DNA of 64,000 nt. Origin: a virus. Lineage: Duplodnaviria; Caudoviricetes. The DNA lies in IMG/VR virus record IMGVR_UViG_3300030330_004701, positions 32,001-96,000 of that record; one strand, written 5' to 3'. How positions within the stretch are numbered: position 1 is the stretch's first letter; each line of letters begins with the position of its first letter. Shown here in pieces: positions 28,924 to 38,356 of this stretch. The notes under the pieces are model-generated. The model was not told where the DNA came from. It did not search any database and saw nothing but the letters and a program-made list of their open reading frames with translations. Position numbers and translations under genes: made by a program.

Positions 28924-29853
28924 ATGGCAGAAATTACTTTCGGGATTGGTTCCCAAAACAATATCGTCGGCTCAGGATTGGGCTTCTATGGAGCTTCGTT
29001 TGGCTCCTCAGTGCAAATTGGTGCTTTTCAAGATAAGACATTTGTGACAAACTCCGCAGGTACAGCACAAGGTCCTGCAGCTAATAATATCAAGTTTGAA
29101 GTTCCAGCTACAGGTAATACTCAAACAATTGGTTCTGGTATTCCTATTACTAAAATTAATTCCGGTAATAGAACCTTCCACATCAACTTTGACCATAGTA
29201 CCGATGTTAATGTCCAGAACTGCCAGTTGAGAATATATGATAGAACTAATATCAACTTCCCAGCTTCTGGTGTCGTGACAAAGGTTTGTGAGCTTGTTAA
29301 CTTTGCAGGTAAAACATCAGCCGCTTGGACATCTTCAAATGGTCCTGATAACACTGCTTTGCAGGGCAACTTCTATGGTTCTGGTGACATGTTCTGGTGG
29401 GGAGCTCCTTGGCCAGATGCAGGCCCAGTAAGAGCTGGACAGGACTTCTACGACAACTCTTCTGGTGTTAGATTCCACAACTTTACTCAGACAGAAGCTA
29501 CTGCGGGTAATGGTAATGGTGACTCAAGACTTGGAAGTGTTACTGGTGACACCGAAACTGTTGGTGGTACTGGTGTTGTAGTTCCATTGTTTAACTCACC
29601 CGGAAGTGGTGGGCACTTTGTAAATAGTATTAACACTGATGTTACAGCTGTTCAACCTAAATGGTTACAATATTATGACAATAGTAACAGACCTGATGAT
29701 TGTCCTAACTTAGGAACAAAAACCACTACTAATACATTTGGTGGTACTGGTCTTGCTAAGCGTCATACTTGGTATGTCGGTATTTCAGCTTCACCGCTAA
29801 GTATCGGATCTAAGACACAATATGGACTGTATGTATCTCTAGAGTACCTATAA
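28924..29853 (+). CDS. Putative virion structural protein
   Basis: 309 aa, Gly/Thr/Ser/Asn-rich; own promoter-like motif, strong RBS and downstream terminator. Confidence 0.5.
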   Translation: MAEITFGIGSQNNIVGSGLGFYGASFGSSVQIGAFQDKTFVTNSAGTAQGPAANNIKFEVPATGNTQTIGSGIPITKINSGNRTFHINFDHSTDVNVQNCQLRIYDRTNINFPASGVVTKVCELVNFAGKTSAAWTSSNGPDNTALQGNFYGSGDMFWWGAPWPDAGPVRAGQDFYDNSSGVRFHNFTQTEATAGNGNGDSRLGSVTGDTETVGGTGVVVPLFNSPGSGGHFVNSINTDVTAVQPKWLQYYDNSNRPDDCPNLGTKTTTNTFGGTGLAKRHTWYVGISASPLSIGSKTQYGLYVSLEYL

Positions 29854-29877
29854 AGCTTTGAGCCTTTTGGTCCATTG

Positions 29878-29910
29878 AAAAGCCCTGCTAGCGCGGGGCT
29901 TTTACTTTTT
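29878..29910. terminator. Bidirectional intrinsic terminator
   Basis: AAAAGCCCTGC-TAGC-GCGGGGCTTTT with A/T tracts on both sides, exactly between the convergent blocks. Confidence 0.8.
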
Positions 29911-30753
29911 GGTAAAGAGAAAATTGCAGAAGAACTTATGGCCGCCATTTTTGATTTCTTTTAACATCCAGTCGTAGTTCTCATGCTCATTAAAGGTTGT
30001 TGTTTCATGCACTGAGGTTACGTAGTTTTCTACGAATTCTGGTGTTTCAAGCTCGGGCGATTCATTTAGTATAGTCTGCAATCTTATTTGCCAGTAATTA
30101 TGATCCGACGCTGTATACTCAAACCCATTAGATTCTAAGAAGTGACGGATTTCCTCTATGGTGCAACCGCCTTTGTAGTATGTGTCTTCATGAGTCATAG
30201 TGGCTTCTAGTAATATTTTATTGACATCACTAATCCTTTCGCCAAGCCCTTCGAGGGCTATCAATTCACTTTCCTGAAGATCCATAATAAGAATGTCTAT
30301 TTTGTCTATAGCCTTCTGTTCCATAAATGTATCTAATCTAATTGCATCAACTTCAATTGCCGTGACAGGCTCATTAATTCCTGAATTCTCAAGTAGTGAA
30401 GATGCTCCTATATTTGAGTTTTCATTTATCGCATCAACTGAATAAAATTCAATTTTTTGGTCCTTATTATATACCGCTTTTTCTACTAATTCTATATCGC
30501 TATCACAGTATTTTAGATTCCTTTTACATAGATCTATAGCATAGGGATTACACTCAAAGGCATAGGACTTATTAACACCATAAAATCCAGCGAATACCAT
30601 TAGATCAACAACATCTCTTGAACCGCACTCTACCGCCAGTTCATATTTGTCACCAGCTAAGAAGTTTCCCATTTTGTTATTAACATAGTCGCACTTAAGA
30701 TCTATTTCTTTGCCTGTGCTACTCTCAGCTAATTTCTCTAAGTCTACGTACAT
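29902..30753 (-). CDS. FkbM-family SAM methyltransferase
   Basis: VECGSRD, YAFECNP, GASSLL, IRLDTF, IDILIMDLQESE motifs; likely start MYVDLEKL at 30753. Confidence 0.8.
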   Translation of the reverse strand: MYVDLEKLAESSTGKEIDLKCDYVNNKMGNFLAGDKYELAVECGSRDVVDLMVFAGFYGVNKSYAFECNPYAIDLCKRNLKYCDSDIELVEKAVYNKDQKIEFYSVDAINENSNIGASSLLENSGINEPVTAIEVDAIRLDTFMEQKAIDKIDILIMDLQESELIALEGLGERISDVNKILLEATMTHEDTYYKGGCTIEEIRHFLESNGFEYTASDHNYWQIRLQTILNESPELETPEFVENYVTSVHETTTFNEHENYDWMLKEIKNGGHKFFCNFLFTKK

Positions 30754-30771
30754 CTTCTCTTCCTTTAAAAA

Positions 30772-30809
30772 CAAAAATAAAACCTCACCCAAGTTTCCCT
30801 GAGTGAGGT
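30772..30809 (-). terminator. Intrinsic terminator
   Basis: Minus strand reads ACCTCACTCAGG-GAAA-CTTGGGTGAGGT followed by TTTATTTTT. Confidence 0.75.
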
Positions 30810-30829
30810 CGCCCTAACCGGAGCACTCT

Positions 30830-31159
30830 TTATTCAAGAGTCTTAGTCTTAGGATTCCATTTCTGCCAGCCACCGTCAGGCAACCAGTTTCCATCAGCAT
30901 CCTTGCGTTTGGGGAATAATCCGCCACCCTTCTTGTTTGCACCAAATGCTAATTTAGCACCACAGTCCACACAACGAAGTTCATAGTATTCGTTACCATC
31001 ATTCTCTCTTACAACAAATCTGAGGTTCTCAGAACCGCATTTGCCACAAGTTGTTTCACCAAATACTTCTTGAAAAGTAGCTAGTTGCTTCCAGATTTCA
31101 CGAACGCTATCTGCTTCAAATTCTACACTAAGTTTGCTTACCTTGAAATTCGCTTTCAT
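30830..31159 (-). CDS. Zn-ribbon hypothetical protein
   Basis: CGKCGS...CVDCGA; TGATG coupling with the upstream gene. Confidence 0.6.
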   Translation of the reverse strand: MKANFKVSKLSVEFEADSVREIWKQLATFQEVFGETTCGKCGSENLRFVVRENDGNEYYELRCVDCGAKLAFGANKKGGGLFPKRKDADGNWLPDGGWQKWNPKTKTLE

Positions 31160-31938
31160 CAGTTTCTCCAATTCTTGTCATAACCCATAATCGTCTCTGG
31201 TATTTCTGTTGTTTTAGTTTGGTATTTATTAAGGACTCCGAGCATCGCAGAGGCTTTCTTCTTTTCTACCTCATTGATTGACCCATATTCGCCCTCACCA
31301 GAATTAATAAACCCAATAACGTTGATGTCCAACTGCCTACATTTATTGTCGATAAAGTTGATTTGAGAAGCACTAATTTTAGAGTCCTCAGCCCACTCAC
31401 CGTCTGTAGGGTTGTCCTTCTGTACGCTTTGCTGAACGATAGCTACAATGTCTTTTCTTGCTAATTCCTCAGCAGCTAAACATCGGATACCTAAAGCTTT
31501 ACGCAAAGCTCGTCCTTCCGCACGAGTGCTTGCGGTAGCTACTGGATGAGCACAAAATAGGTCATCAGTATTACCATGCCACACATCGGCAACTTCCTTA
31601 AAGACTCGGAGTTGTCCAGAGTTCATCCAATTGATTGCAACCTGATAAACAACTGTAGCTCTTCCGGGTCCATTTCCATCGGTTGCGGGGAATACTTGAT
31701 CTGGGCCAGATTCAATAACCTCGCCCAAAAGCAGTCCTGCAACCCTTCTCAGTCCTGCACAAATGGGATTTCCATCAATAAGTTCATCTTTGCGAAAATG
31801 TCCCATTACGTATTCATTCCATTCCTGTGAACCATACTCAGGAATGTCTGGATCTTTTGGTACTGCAATTACGTCTTGTTCCGTGACGGCTTCAAAGTCA
31901 AACATTTCTTCTTCAATTTCAACTGTTTTTGTCATCAA
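31159..31938 (-). CDS. Putative Rad52/Sak-like single-strand annealing protein
   Basis: ATASTRAEGRALRKALGI helix resembles the Rad52/22 core; C-terminal SASQINFI...KKKASAML domain. Confidence 0.55.
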   Translation of the reverse strand: MMTKTVEIEEEMFDFEAVTEQDVIAVPKDPDIPEYGSQEWNEYVMGHFRKDELIDGNPICAGLRRVAGLLLGEVIESGPDQVFPATDGNGPGRATVVYQVAINWMNSGQLRVFKEVADVWHGNTDDLFCAHPVATASTRAEGRALRKALGIRCLAAEELARKDIVAIVQQSVQKDNPTDGEWAEDSKISASQINFIDNKCRQLDINVIGFINSGEGEYGSINEVEKKKASAMLGVLNKYQTKTTEIPETIMGYDKNWRN

Positions 31939-32705
31939 GAAATCTCCAGTTCTATAAGTCTCTTTGACTTCGGAGGAAATTTGGTAGCCACTTGCTTTAC
32001 TACTGGCTCAACCATTTCCCAAAGTCTATTCTCAACACCCCTAGTAAAGCTGGGGCACAAATACTTAACTCTAATAACACAGTATCCATTTTTAATCATG
32101 ATACCGTTCTTAATTGCATCATGCTTGACATATTCTCGCAGATGCTTTTCACCAAATACGGGCATAAAATGTTGTGGCCCGTCTATTTCTATAATAGTAT
32201 CAATATCAGGAAGATACAAGTCCATTTCATATTTTTCTCCACTTATCAAGCCTTTTTTATGTAGCTCAACAGTGTAGCCTATATTCTTTAGGTTTTGAAG
32301 CAAACTTCTTTCTGCCTTAGATCCATCTCTAATTGTTTCCCTCAGAGCCTCACTGCCCTTTCTTTGTATCTCTTTTCTTTCAGATTCACTCAAGCTATCC
32401 CAATGCTTCTTGGCTAGTGCGCTACGTCGATTTCTCTCTTGTTCAGACATTGCATCCCAATGCTTTTCTAGCGAGCTGCTGATCTTGTCTTTGGCTTCTT
32501 CGCTTCTTTTCTTACCTTTTGTCGGATGTACAGCACTACCATTTTCAAGCGCCTGTTTCTGTGCTTGACTTTTAGTGCGTATTTCAACTCCGTTCGATAA
32601 CAATATTCTTCTAATTTTATTAGGGTAAGTATTATATCTTTCGGCAATAGCTTTGGTGCTTAACTTTTCTTCTACGTAAAGCTCTATGATTTTACTGGCG
32701 TCCAT
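31935..32705 (-). CDS. Homing-endonuclease-like protein (HTH + NUMOD3 + Vsr/DUF559-type nuclease)
   Basis: LSTKAIAERY HTH; KGKKRSEEAKDKIS NUMOD3-like repeat; MDLYLP...IEIDGPQHF nuclease motif. Confidence 0.7.
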   Translation of the reverse strand: MDASKIIELYVEEKLSTKAIAERYNTYPNKIRRILLSNGVEIRTKSQAQKQALENGSAVHPTKGKKRSEEAKDKISSSLEKHWDAMSEQERNRRSALAKKHWDSLSESERKEIQRKGSEALRETIRDGSKAERSLLQNLKNIGYTVELHKKGLISGEKYEMDLYLPDIDTIIEIDGPQHFMPVFGEKHLREYVKHDAIKNGIMIKNGYCVIRVKYLCPSFTRGVENRLWEMVEPVVKQVATKFPPKSKRLIELEIS

Positions 32706-33157
32706 AGTATCTCCTCTAATTGCTGCATATTCCAATTATCTACAATACCAGAGACTTCTCTGTTTGCATATTTTTCAATCAAGTCTTTGTGATACTCGCT
32801 TCTTGCGATTAACTTGATTTTTTCATCTCTCATTATAGACACAACATCTGTAAATTGCATGGGCTTTCTAAGCCACTCTAAGTCCCAGATATAGAAAAAC
32901 TTATCAGAACTGTTTTCTGTTTTCAAGATTAAATTTGCTGTCTCTACACTAGTAGCAACTGTACACCCATAGTAGGTAGCGTAATGAGAAATGTTCATTG
33001 TTGCAAAATGTGGTTTCACTACTGGTGGAGATAGGCTGTTGTAAAAGCAGACAGGAGAATACTTAGTATGTTTAGCTAGGCTATTAAACTCTTTTATTAG
33101 ATAAAAGCTTAATTGTGTTGGGCCTAAATTATCAACAACTGCCGCAATTCTATTCAT
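32684..33157 (-). CDS. Hypothetical protein, possibly a stand-alone GT-B N-terminal half
   Basis: VATSVETA, KFFYIWDLEW and LIARSEY resemble GT-B N-lobe elements. Confidence 0.4.
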   Translation of the reverse strand: MNRIAAVVDNLGPTQLSFYLIKEFNSLAKHTKYSPVCFYNSLSPPVVKPHFATMNISHYATYYGCTVATSVETANLILKTENSSDKFFYIWDLEWLRKPMQFTDVVSIMRDEKIKLIARSEYHKDLIEKYANREVSGIVDNWNMQQLEEILWTPVKS

Positions 33158-33845
33158 CTTTTGCTGTGCTCCTAAACTTACCCTGACCGCATATGTAAGG
33201 GTATATATGGTATACTTTTAATTCTGTCTTGTAAAAGGCGTAGTTAAGCTGCCAGTCAATAGGAACACAAAATGTCTCCATGTAGGGCAGTATCTTACTT
33301 ACACTCCGCTTATTATAAATTATTGAGGAGGTTGTATTTGTGGCGGGGTGAGCAGCTAGTATATATCCTTTTTGCCTGTCACCATGTATTTCCAGAGGAG
33401 TTATAATCCCATGATCAAACGCACCACCTAATAATATAACATCCCAATCATTCGGCGCCCTACTAATTATATCATCTATTCGTGCAGATGGCTCACTAAA
33501 ATGGCAGTCATCTTCTAAAAATAATGCAAATTCTATGTCTTGTTTTAGAAAGTCTTTGAAGGCATGTAGATGTTTTAAATTAAGAGATATTGAAGGAAGT
33601 CTCATTTTCTCATAGGTGTATGGAGACAGTCCTGCAAAACCGTGAGGTTGCCTAGATATCTCGCAAACCTCTTTATGAAAATCTGGATCATCATTGTATC
33701 TAAGGAGATCTTCTTGTGTCAAATCCTCCCTATCAAATTCTGTGACCAATTGAAATTCATTGATTCCTGCAGACGATAACTGGTCGAGAATAAACCCTCT
33801 CCTTTCACAGAGAGGGCTATAGTGCATTATATAAGTTTTATACAT
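33150..33845 (-). CDS. Glycosyltransferase, GT25-like
   Basis: YIMHY...ERR, SLNLKH, ALFLEDD, WDVILLG and PIDWQL motifs. Confidence 0.75.
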   Translation of the reverse strand: MYKTYIMHYSPLCERRGFILDQLSSAGINEFQLVTEFDREDLTQEDLLRYNDDPDFHKEVCEISRQPHGFAGLSPYTYEKMRLPSISLNLKHLHAFKDFLKQDIEFALFLEDDCHFSEPSARIDDIISRAPNDWDVILLGGAFDHGIITPLEIHGDRQKGYILAAHPATNTTSSIIYNKRSVSKILPYMETFCVPIDWQLNYAFYKTELKVYHIYPYICGQGKFRSTAKDE

Positions 33846-33846
33846 T

Positions 33847-34821
33847 TTATTTACTGTAGAAATCCTGCCAGTGTCTGACCATTTCTTCCATCATAGACTT
33901 GAATGTATATTCAGGCTCCCAGCCAAATGTTTCTCTGGTTTTTGTTGGATCGCCTTTAAGATATTTCAACTCTTCAGGGCGCATGAATCTAGGATCTTGT
34001 TCTACATAGTCTTTATAATCCATGTCCAAATACTCAAACACTACCTCGCATAGCTGACGAACTGAGTGAGTCTCTCCTGTAGCCACAACAAAGTCATCAG
34101 GAGTATCATGATTAATGATATCAATCATTGCTCTTGTGTAGTCTTTGGAGTGTCCCCAGTCTCTGTAGGAGTCCATGTTACCCAAGAATAATTTGTCTGT
34201 CATTCCTAAAGAAATTTGAACTGCAGTTTTAACTACTTTGTTTGTTACAAAATTAGAACCTCTTCTTGGCGATTCATGGTTGAACAAGATGCCATTAGAC
34301 GCATGTAACCCATAAGCATGTCTATAATGCCTAACCAAAGAGTATCCCATGAGCTTCGAGCAACCGTAAGGGCTAACTGGAGTCATTGGTGTTGTTTCTC
34401 TTTGGAATCCATCTTCATCGACACTATTGCCAAACATCTCAGACGAACTAGCCTGATAGAACCTTGCGCTTGGACAATAATTTTTGTATACTTCTAGTAG
34501 ATTGAGAACACCCTCTGCGTTAGTTTTAATGGTGAAGGATGGCACATCAGAACTAACTCTAACGTGACTCATTGCTCCTAAGTTAAAGATGTGAGTGGGA
34601 TTGCATTCCCTGACAATCCTCTCCAGCGAACACCAATCCATCAAGTCGCCATATCGTGTATTAACATGGTCTATGATGTGGTCTATTCGAGACTCTTGGT
34701 TCTCTGCAACAGATTGTCTACGAATAATTCCATAGACTTTATAATCTTGCTTTAAAAGGTGCTCTGCAAGATAGCTTCCATCTTGGCCAGAAATACCAGT
34801 TATTAGTGCTACTTTTCTCAT
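33847..34821 (-). CDS. gmd: GDP-mannose 4,6-dehydratase
   Basis: ALITGISGQDGSYLAE, SHVRVS, FYQASSSEMFG, PVSPYGCSK, GILFNHESPRRG, RDWGH. Confidence 0.97.
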   Translation of the reverse strand: MRKVALITGISGQDGSYLAEHLLKQDYKVYGIIRRQSVAENQESRIDHIIDHVNTRYGDLMDWCSLERIVRECNPTHIFNLGAMSHVRVSSDVPSFTIKTNAEGVLNLLEVYKNYCPSARFYQASSSEMFGNSVDEDGFQRETTPMTPVSPYGCSKLMGYSLVRHYRHAYGLHASNGILFNHESPRRGSNFVTNKVVKTAVQISLGMTDKLFLGNMDSYRDWGHSKDYTRAMIDIINHDTPDDFVVATGETHSVRQLCEVVFEYLDMDYKDYVEQDPRFMRPEELKYLKGDPTKTRETFGWEPEYTFKSMMEEMVRHWQDFYSK

Positions 34822-35411
34822 TTAAAAATCTCCATGTTTCTCAGGTCAGGCCAGTCTTCAATAACCCATTGTCTGGGCGGTGTTTCTATTGCTTTGGGTA
34901 GTTTTTCTAATCCCAAAGTTGCAGTTTCTATGGTCATGTAATAATGATAACCTTCACAGCTTATGTTTTGTTCTCGCCAAGGGATGAGAGGCTCTCTGCC
35001 ATCATGAACCATCCTCTTCAATTGTTCTGCAGATTCTTGACTATCCGTAAGTATCATACCTCCTCGCCCCAAACTTAAATGCTTTTGGAACTGGAAGCTT
35101 AGACACATAAAGCTACCAGATATATAACTATCTTTTTTCCACAATACAGCAGCATCGTACACCTTTTGACCGGACTCTCCAACGCCTACTTGGTAGTAGT
35201 CCTGCCAGTTTTCTTCTCTCCAAACTAATGGTAGTGATAACTTCCTAGCTAGGAATGGTATCGACGGGTAAGTCCTGTGCGGAGATTCAACGCTTTTGGC
35301 GTTTACATGCCTCAAACATAGTTCTACGCCATGAGTGCAGCAATCTACGGCAACGCCATAAGGGGCGCCAAAGAATTCAGCCACTTTCTTCTCAAGTAAT
35401 TCTACAGCCAT
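34818..35411 (-). CDS. Short DegT/DnrJ-family PLP-dependent sugar aminotransferase
   Basis: EKKVAEFFG..YGVAVDCCTHG, DAA, SFQFQKHLSLGRGGM (PLP Lys) and GYHYYM; only 197 aa. Confidence 0.8.
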   Translation of the reverse strand: MAVELLEKKVAEFFGAPYGVAVDCCTHGVELCLRHVNAKSVESPHRTYPSIPFLARKLSLPLVWREENWQDYYQVGVGESGQKVYDAAVLWKKDSYISGSFMCLSFQFQKHLSLGRGGMILTDSQESAEQLKRMVHDGREPLIPWREQNISCEGYHYYMTIETATLGLEKLPKAIETPPRQWVIEDWPDLRNMEIFK

Positions 35412-35413
35412 TC

Positions 35414-35968
35414 TTATTTTATTCCTTCTACATTCAAGCTGATCAATGTTCCATTGTCTTTGTCCATATGAGGTATATATGCCTGTGAATGGTCATCAAA
35501 TTCACTATGTTCAGTATCTCTCCAATCATAACGAGTGACATTTTGGATTCCTACAGATTCAAGAATGTTAGACAGTTCGTCAAAATCATATGTGGTTTTG
35601 TGGTAAATAGTCTGATCACCCATCTCCATCTTTCCATAGAGAGGTCCCAGAAAACTACTTAGCCCCACTTTCTTTATTGTGTTTTTATTCATTACATACA
35701 TGATAGCCATAGACTCAAAGTCTGGCACGGCTATTCTTAGCACTGCGCCTTTTTTTAGAACTCTAGTCCATTCACTTAAAATATCAACCACTTCTTCTCT
35801 GTCGAAATATTCTAAGACATGAGAAGCATATATCAAATCAACAGATTCATCTTCGTAAGGAAGTTTAGTTATATCATCGTACTGCAGATGTTCGTAGTCT
35901 CCACCATCAATATGTACCCAATCATCACCAAAGTTTCTCCACCCGCATCCTAAATGAAGCTTAATCAT
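35414..35968 (-). CDS. Class I SAM methyltransferase (Methyltransf_11-like)
   Basis: KLHLGCG, VDLIYASHVLEY, RVLKKGAVLRIAVPD. Confidence 0.85.
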   Translation of the reverse strand: MIKLHLGCGWRNFGDDWVHIDGGDYEHLQYDDITKLPYEDESVDLIYASHVLEYFDREEVVDILSEWTRVLKKGAVLRIAVPDFESMAIMYVMNKNTIKKVGLSSFLGPLYGKMEMGDQTIYHKTTYDFDELSNILESVGIQNVTRYDWRDTEHSEFDDHSQAYIPHMDKDNGTLISLNVEGIK

Positions 35969-36368
35969 GGAACACCACCTTGTCAGCATCTTTGCCAAAG
36001 TATGGGCCAGTTTTGAACTCATAGACTACAGTTCCATCTTCTAGACATTCATACTTATGACCACCCCAAAAACTAATAGTACAACCTCCAGCAGAAATTA
36101 CCGCTGGCTCATCCATTGGATTTTTGTTTTCATCATAATATGTAATCTTTATCTTGCCCTTCAGGACAACCCAAGCTTCCTGCGTAGTATCAGTAGTTCT
36201 CTCGCATGGGATGTGGACATGTGGATCAAACTGTTTACCATTATCCATGTTTATAACGGCACACTGTAGGTATTCTCCAGCATCCGTTGCATCAAATCTA
36301 CCTTCTTGATATTCATCAGCATTAAAGTAGCAGTGGTAAAGCTTGTCATCTTTGTATATTTTATGCAT
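35961..36368 (-). CDS. WbuC-like cupin
   Basis: PHVH...TQEAWVVLKG...GGH...YEFKTGPY cupin metal motif. Confidence 0.75.
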   Translation of the reverse strand: MHKIYKDDKLYHCYFNADEYQEGRFDATDAGEYLQCAVINMDNGKQFDPHVHIPCERTTDTTQEAWVVLKGKIKITYYDENKNPMDEPAVISAGGCTISFWGGHKYECLEDGTVVYEFKTGPYFGKDADKVVFHD

Positions 36369-36936
36369 TTAATAGTTCCTTATATAGTCTGATATCTTCT
36401 TGGTATAGATCTGCAACTATACTTGCAGTTTCATCTGTGTAGCAATCTCGAAAATGTTTATGGTTGCTTTTGTTAATAACGGGAACCTCTTCGAGTGTCT
36501 CGTCATATATAATGGAGTGTAGCTTTTTTGTCTCTTCTTCTAGATTCTCAAAGAGTCCTATATGGTCGAAGTATTCTCTCTTACCAATCCTGCGCATCAT
36601 TGGCATTACATGTTGTTGTTCTAGGTAGTGGTCTGGATTTTTATATGCTAATCTCAGCCATTCTTCAAAACTATTGTGCGTCATATCATATTTCAAAGCG
36701 TCTTCTGCATCTCCAGCGTGACACCCTCCAGCTTTGAGGTAATAAAAACAGCTAACAAGCCTATCAAAGGGGTTTCTAATAATAGTAAACGAATAGCCCT
36801 CTGGCTTAGACTCTACAAAGCCGTGACCAGATGTCAAACCAATATTACTATATAGGTGCTCCCACATTTTTCCACCAGTCTTAGGTATGTGTAGGAAAAA
36901 ATATTTATTATCGTTATGAATAAACTCTCCAGCCAT
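36361..36936 (-). CDS. Sulfotransferase (Sulfotransfer_2-like)
   Basis: FLHIPKTGG (5'-PSB) and IIRNPFDRLVS (3'-PB) PAPS-binding motifs. Confidence 0.85.
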   Translation of the reverse strand: MAGEFIHNDNKYFFLHIPKTGGKMWEHLYSNIGLTSGHGFVESKPEGYSFTIIRNPFDRLVSCFYYLKAGGCHAGDAEDALKYDMTHNSFEEWLRLAYKNPDHYLEQQHVMPMMRRIGKREYFDHIGLFENLEEETKKLHSIIYDETLEEVPVINKSNHKHFRDCYTDETASIVADLYQEDIRLYKELLNA

Positions 36937-37463
36937 TATGGTATCCTTATGACAAATTGACTTCCATTAATCTCCACTCCTAGTCCAGTAGCTTCTGTGA
37001 ACTCTTTGACGGCTCTCTTGGGACCTCCATTGGAGTATGGGTCGTGTTCATCATTATCGCCATAATCGTCACCGCAAAGAAAGCCGCCAGACTTCATTGA
37101 CTTATAGTAGTGCCATAAATCTTCGAGTACATTTTCATAACTGTGATTTCCATCAATATAAACCCAGTCAAAGTAATCCTCTGGAAAATCAACATCTACG
37201 GAAAAGCTCCTATGGATTTCTGTATTCTGAAAGTGATCAAACATACTAATTACATCATCGTAGATTTTATCCATTTGCTCTTGTCCACAACAATAAATTC
37301 TAAGATCTTCAGGATTGTCTACGGGAAAGTCTTGATGTAACCAAGGGTCTATGAGGTGCAGTTTGGATGGCTGACGTTGTAGTATATAGTGAGAAAACTC
37401 TCCCTTCCATACTCCTACTTCAGCACAAACATCACCGGGTTTTATTAAATGTAAATTTCTCAT
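36936..37463 (-). CDS. Class I SAM methyltransferase (Methyltransf_24-like)
   Basis: AEVGVWKGEFS, IDPW, FDWVYIDGNHSYE, GGFLCGDDY. Confidence 0.88.
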   Translation of the reverse strand: MRNLHLIKPGDVCAEVGVWKGEFSHYILQRQPSKLHLIDPWLHQDFPVDNPEDLRIYCCGQEQMDKIYDDVISMFDHFQNTEIHRSFSVDVDFPEDYFDWVYIDGNHSYENVLEDLWHYYKSMKSGGFLCGDDYGDNDEHDPYSNGGPKRAVKEFTEATGLGVEINGSQFVIRIP

Positions 37464-38356
37464 GCAAGTATCTTTCCTGTAAAAAAGTCTAATAATGATT
37501 CTGGTGTTGCGTGGTAGGGTACTTGCCCATCTGTAAAGACGGGCTGCTCCAAATAACTCAAGAGCTTTGATTCGTCAGATAACACTTCATGTATATAATT
37601 AACAGCCTCTTCATCAGACGAAAAATCGCTTATGTTAATAAATGCTTTTTTGTTGAAGTCTTCGCCTACGTTCTCTGGCCCCCAATATATTGGTAGGCAT
37701 CCTGCATAAAATGAGTGCAAGATTTTCTCACATACGTAACCCTGTCTATCATCGTTTTCAAAACATAAGTTTGACTTGAACTTAGAAATAAATTCTATCT
37801 TCTCTAGGTAGTCACTGTTGCCCGGCTTTTCAACCATTTCTGTTGTATTTCTTAGGAAGTCTCCACCATGAGTCACATCCATTTTTGAGGATATGTAAGG
37901 GTAAAAGTCTGCTCTCCTGCCAAGCGTTCCAGACGCTACTGAGCAACACAGTCTATCTCTATAAGATATCTGCCTATTAGATAGCTCGTCTATTGATATA
38001 TAGTATGTTGGCCCTCGATTAAGGTCATGCGCAGGAGCCCCATTCCAGTTTATCTGTGTAGACCAAAACGGAATCCTATAGTTTCTATCATCATCAAGAT
38101 TGCAACTGTTGAAAGAATAGTCACATTTACTATAGTCAGGTTCTCCTATTCTATTCATAGACTCTATAAACCAAGCTATAGTTATAGCCGTATCGTGTTT
38201 GGAATAAGTTTGCCCTTGATTTATAATAATATCTGGATTGTCATTTACAATCTCGACATTATACTTTTTACGCAAGGCAACGGTTATAATATTGTCGTTT
38301 ACGGGGAAGCCACCCCAAAAGTTATCAAATCGTATTCTTAGATTACTTGCAACCAC
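37460..38356 (-). CDS. GT10 alpha-1,3/4-fucosyltransferase-like protein
   Basis: KIEFISKFKSNLCFENDDRQGYVCEKILHSFYAGCLPIYWG matches the GT10 FENS..DY(V/I)TEK...PIYWG signature. Confidence 0.85.
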   Translation of the reverse strand: MVASNLRIRFDNFWGGFPVNDNIITVALRKKYNVEIVNDNPDIIINQGQTYSKHDTAITIAWFIESMNRIGEPDYSKCDYSFNSCNLDDDRNYRIPFWSTQINWNGAPAHDLNRGPTYYISIDELSNRQISYRDRLCCSVASGTLGRRADFYPYISSKMDVTHGGDFLRNTTEMVEKPGNSDYLEKIEFISKFKSNLCFENDDRQGYVCEKILHSFYAGCLPIYWGPENVGEDFNKKAFINISDFSSDEEAVNYIHEVLSDESKLLSYLEQPVFTDGQVPYHATPESLLDFFTGKILA

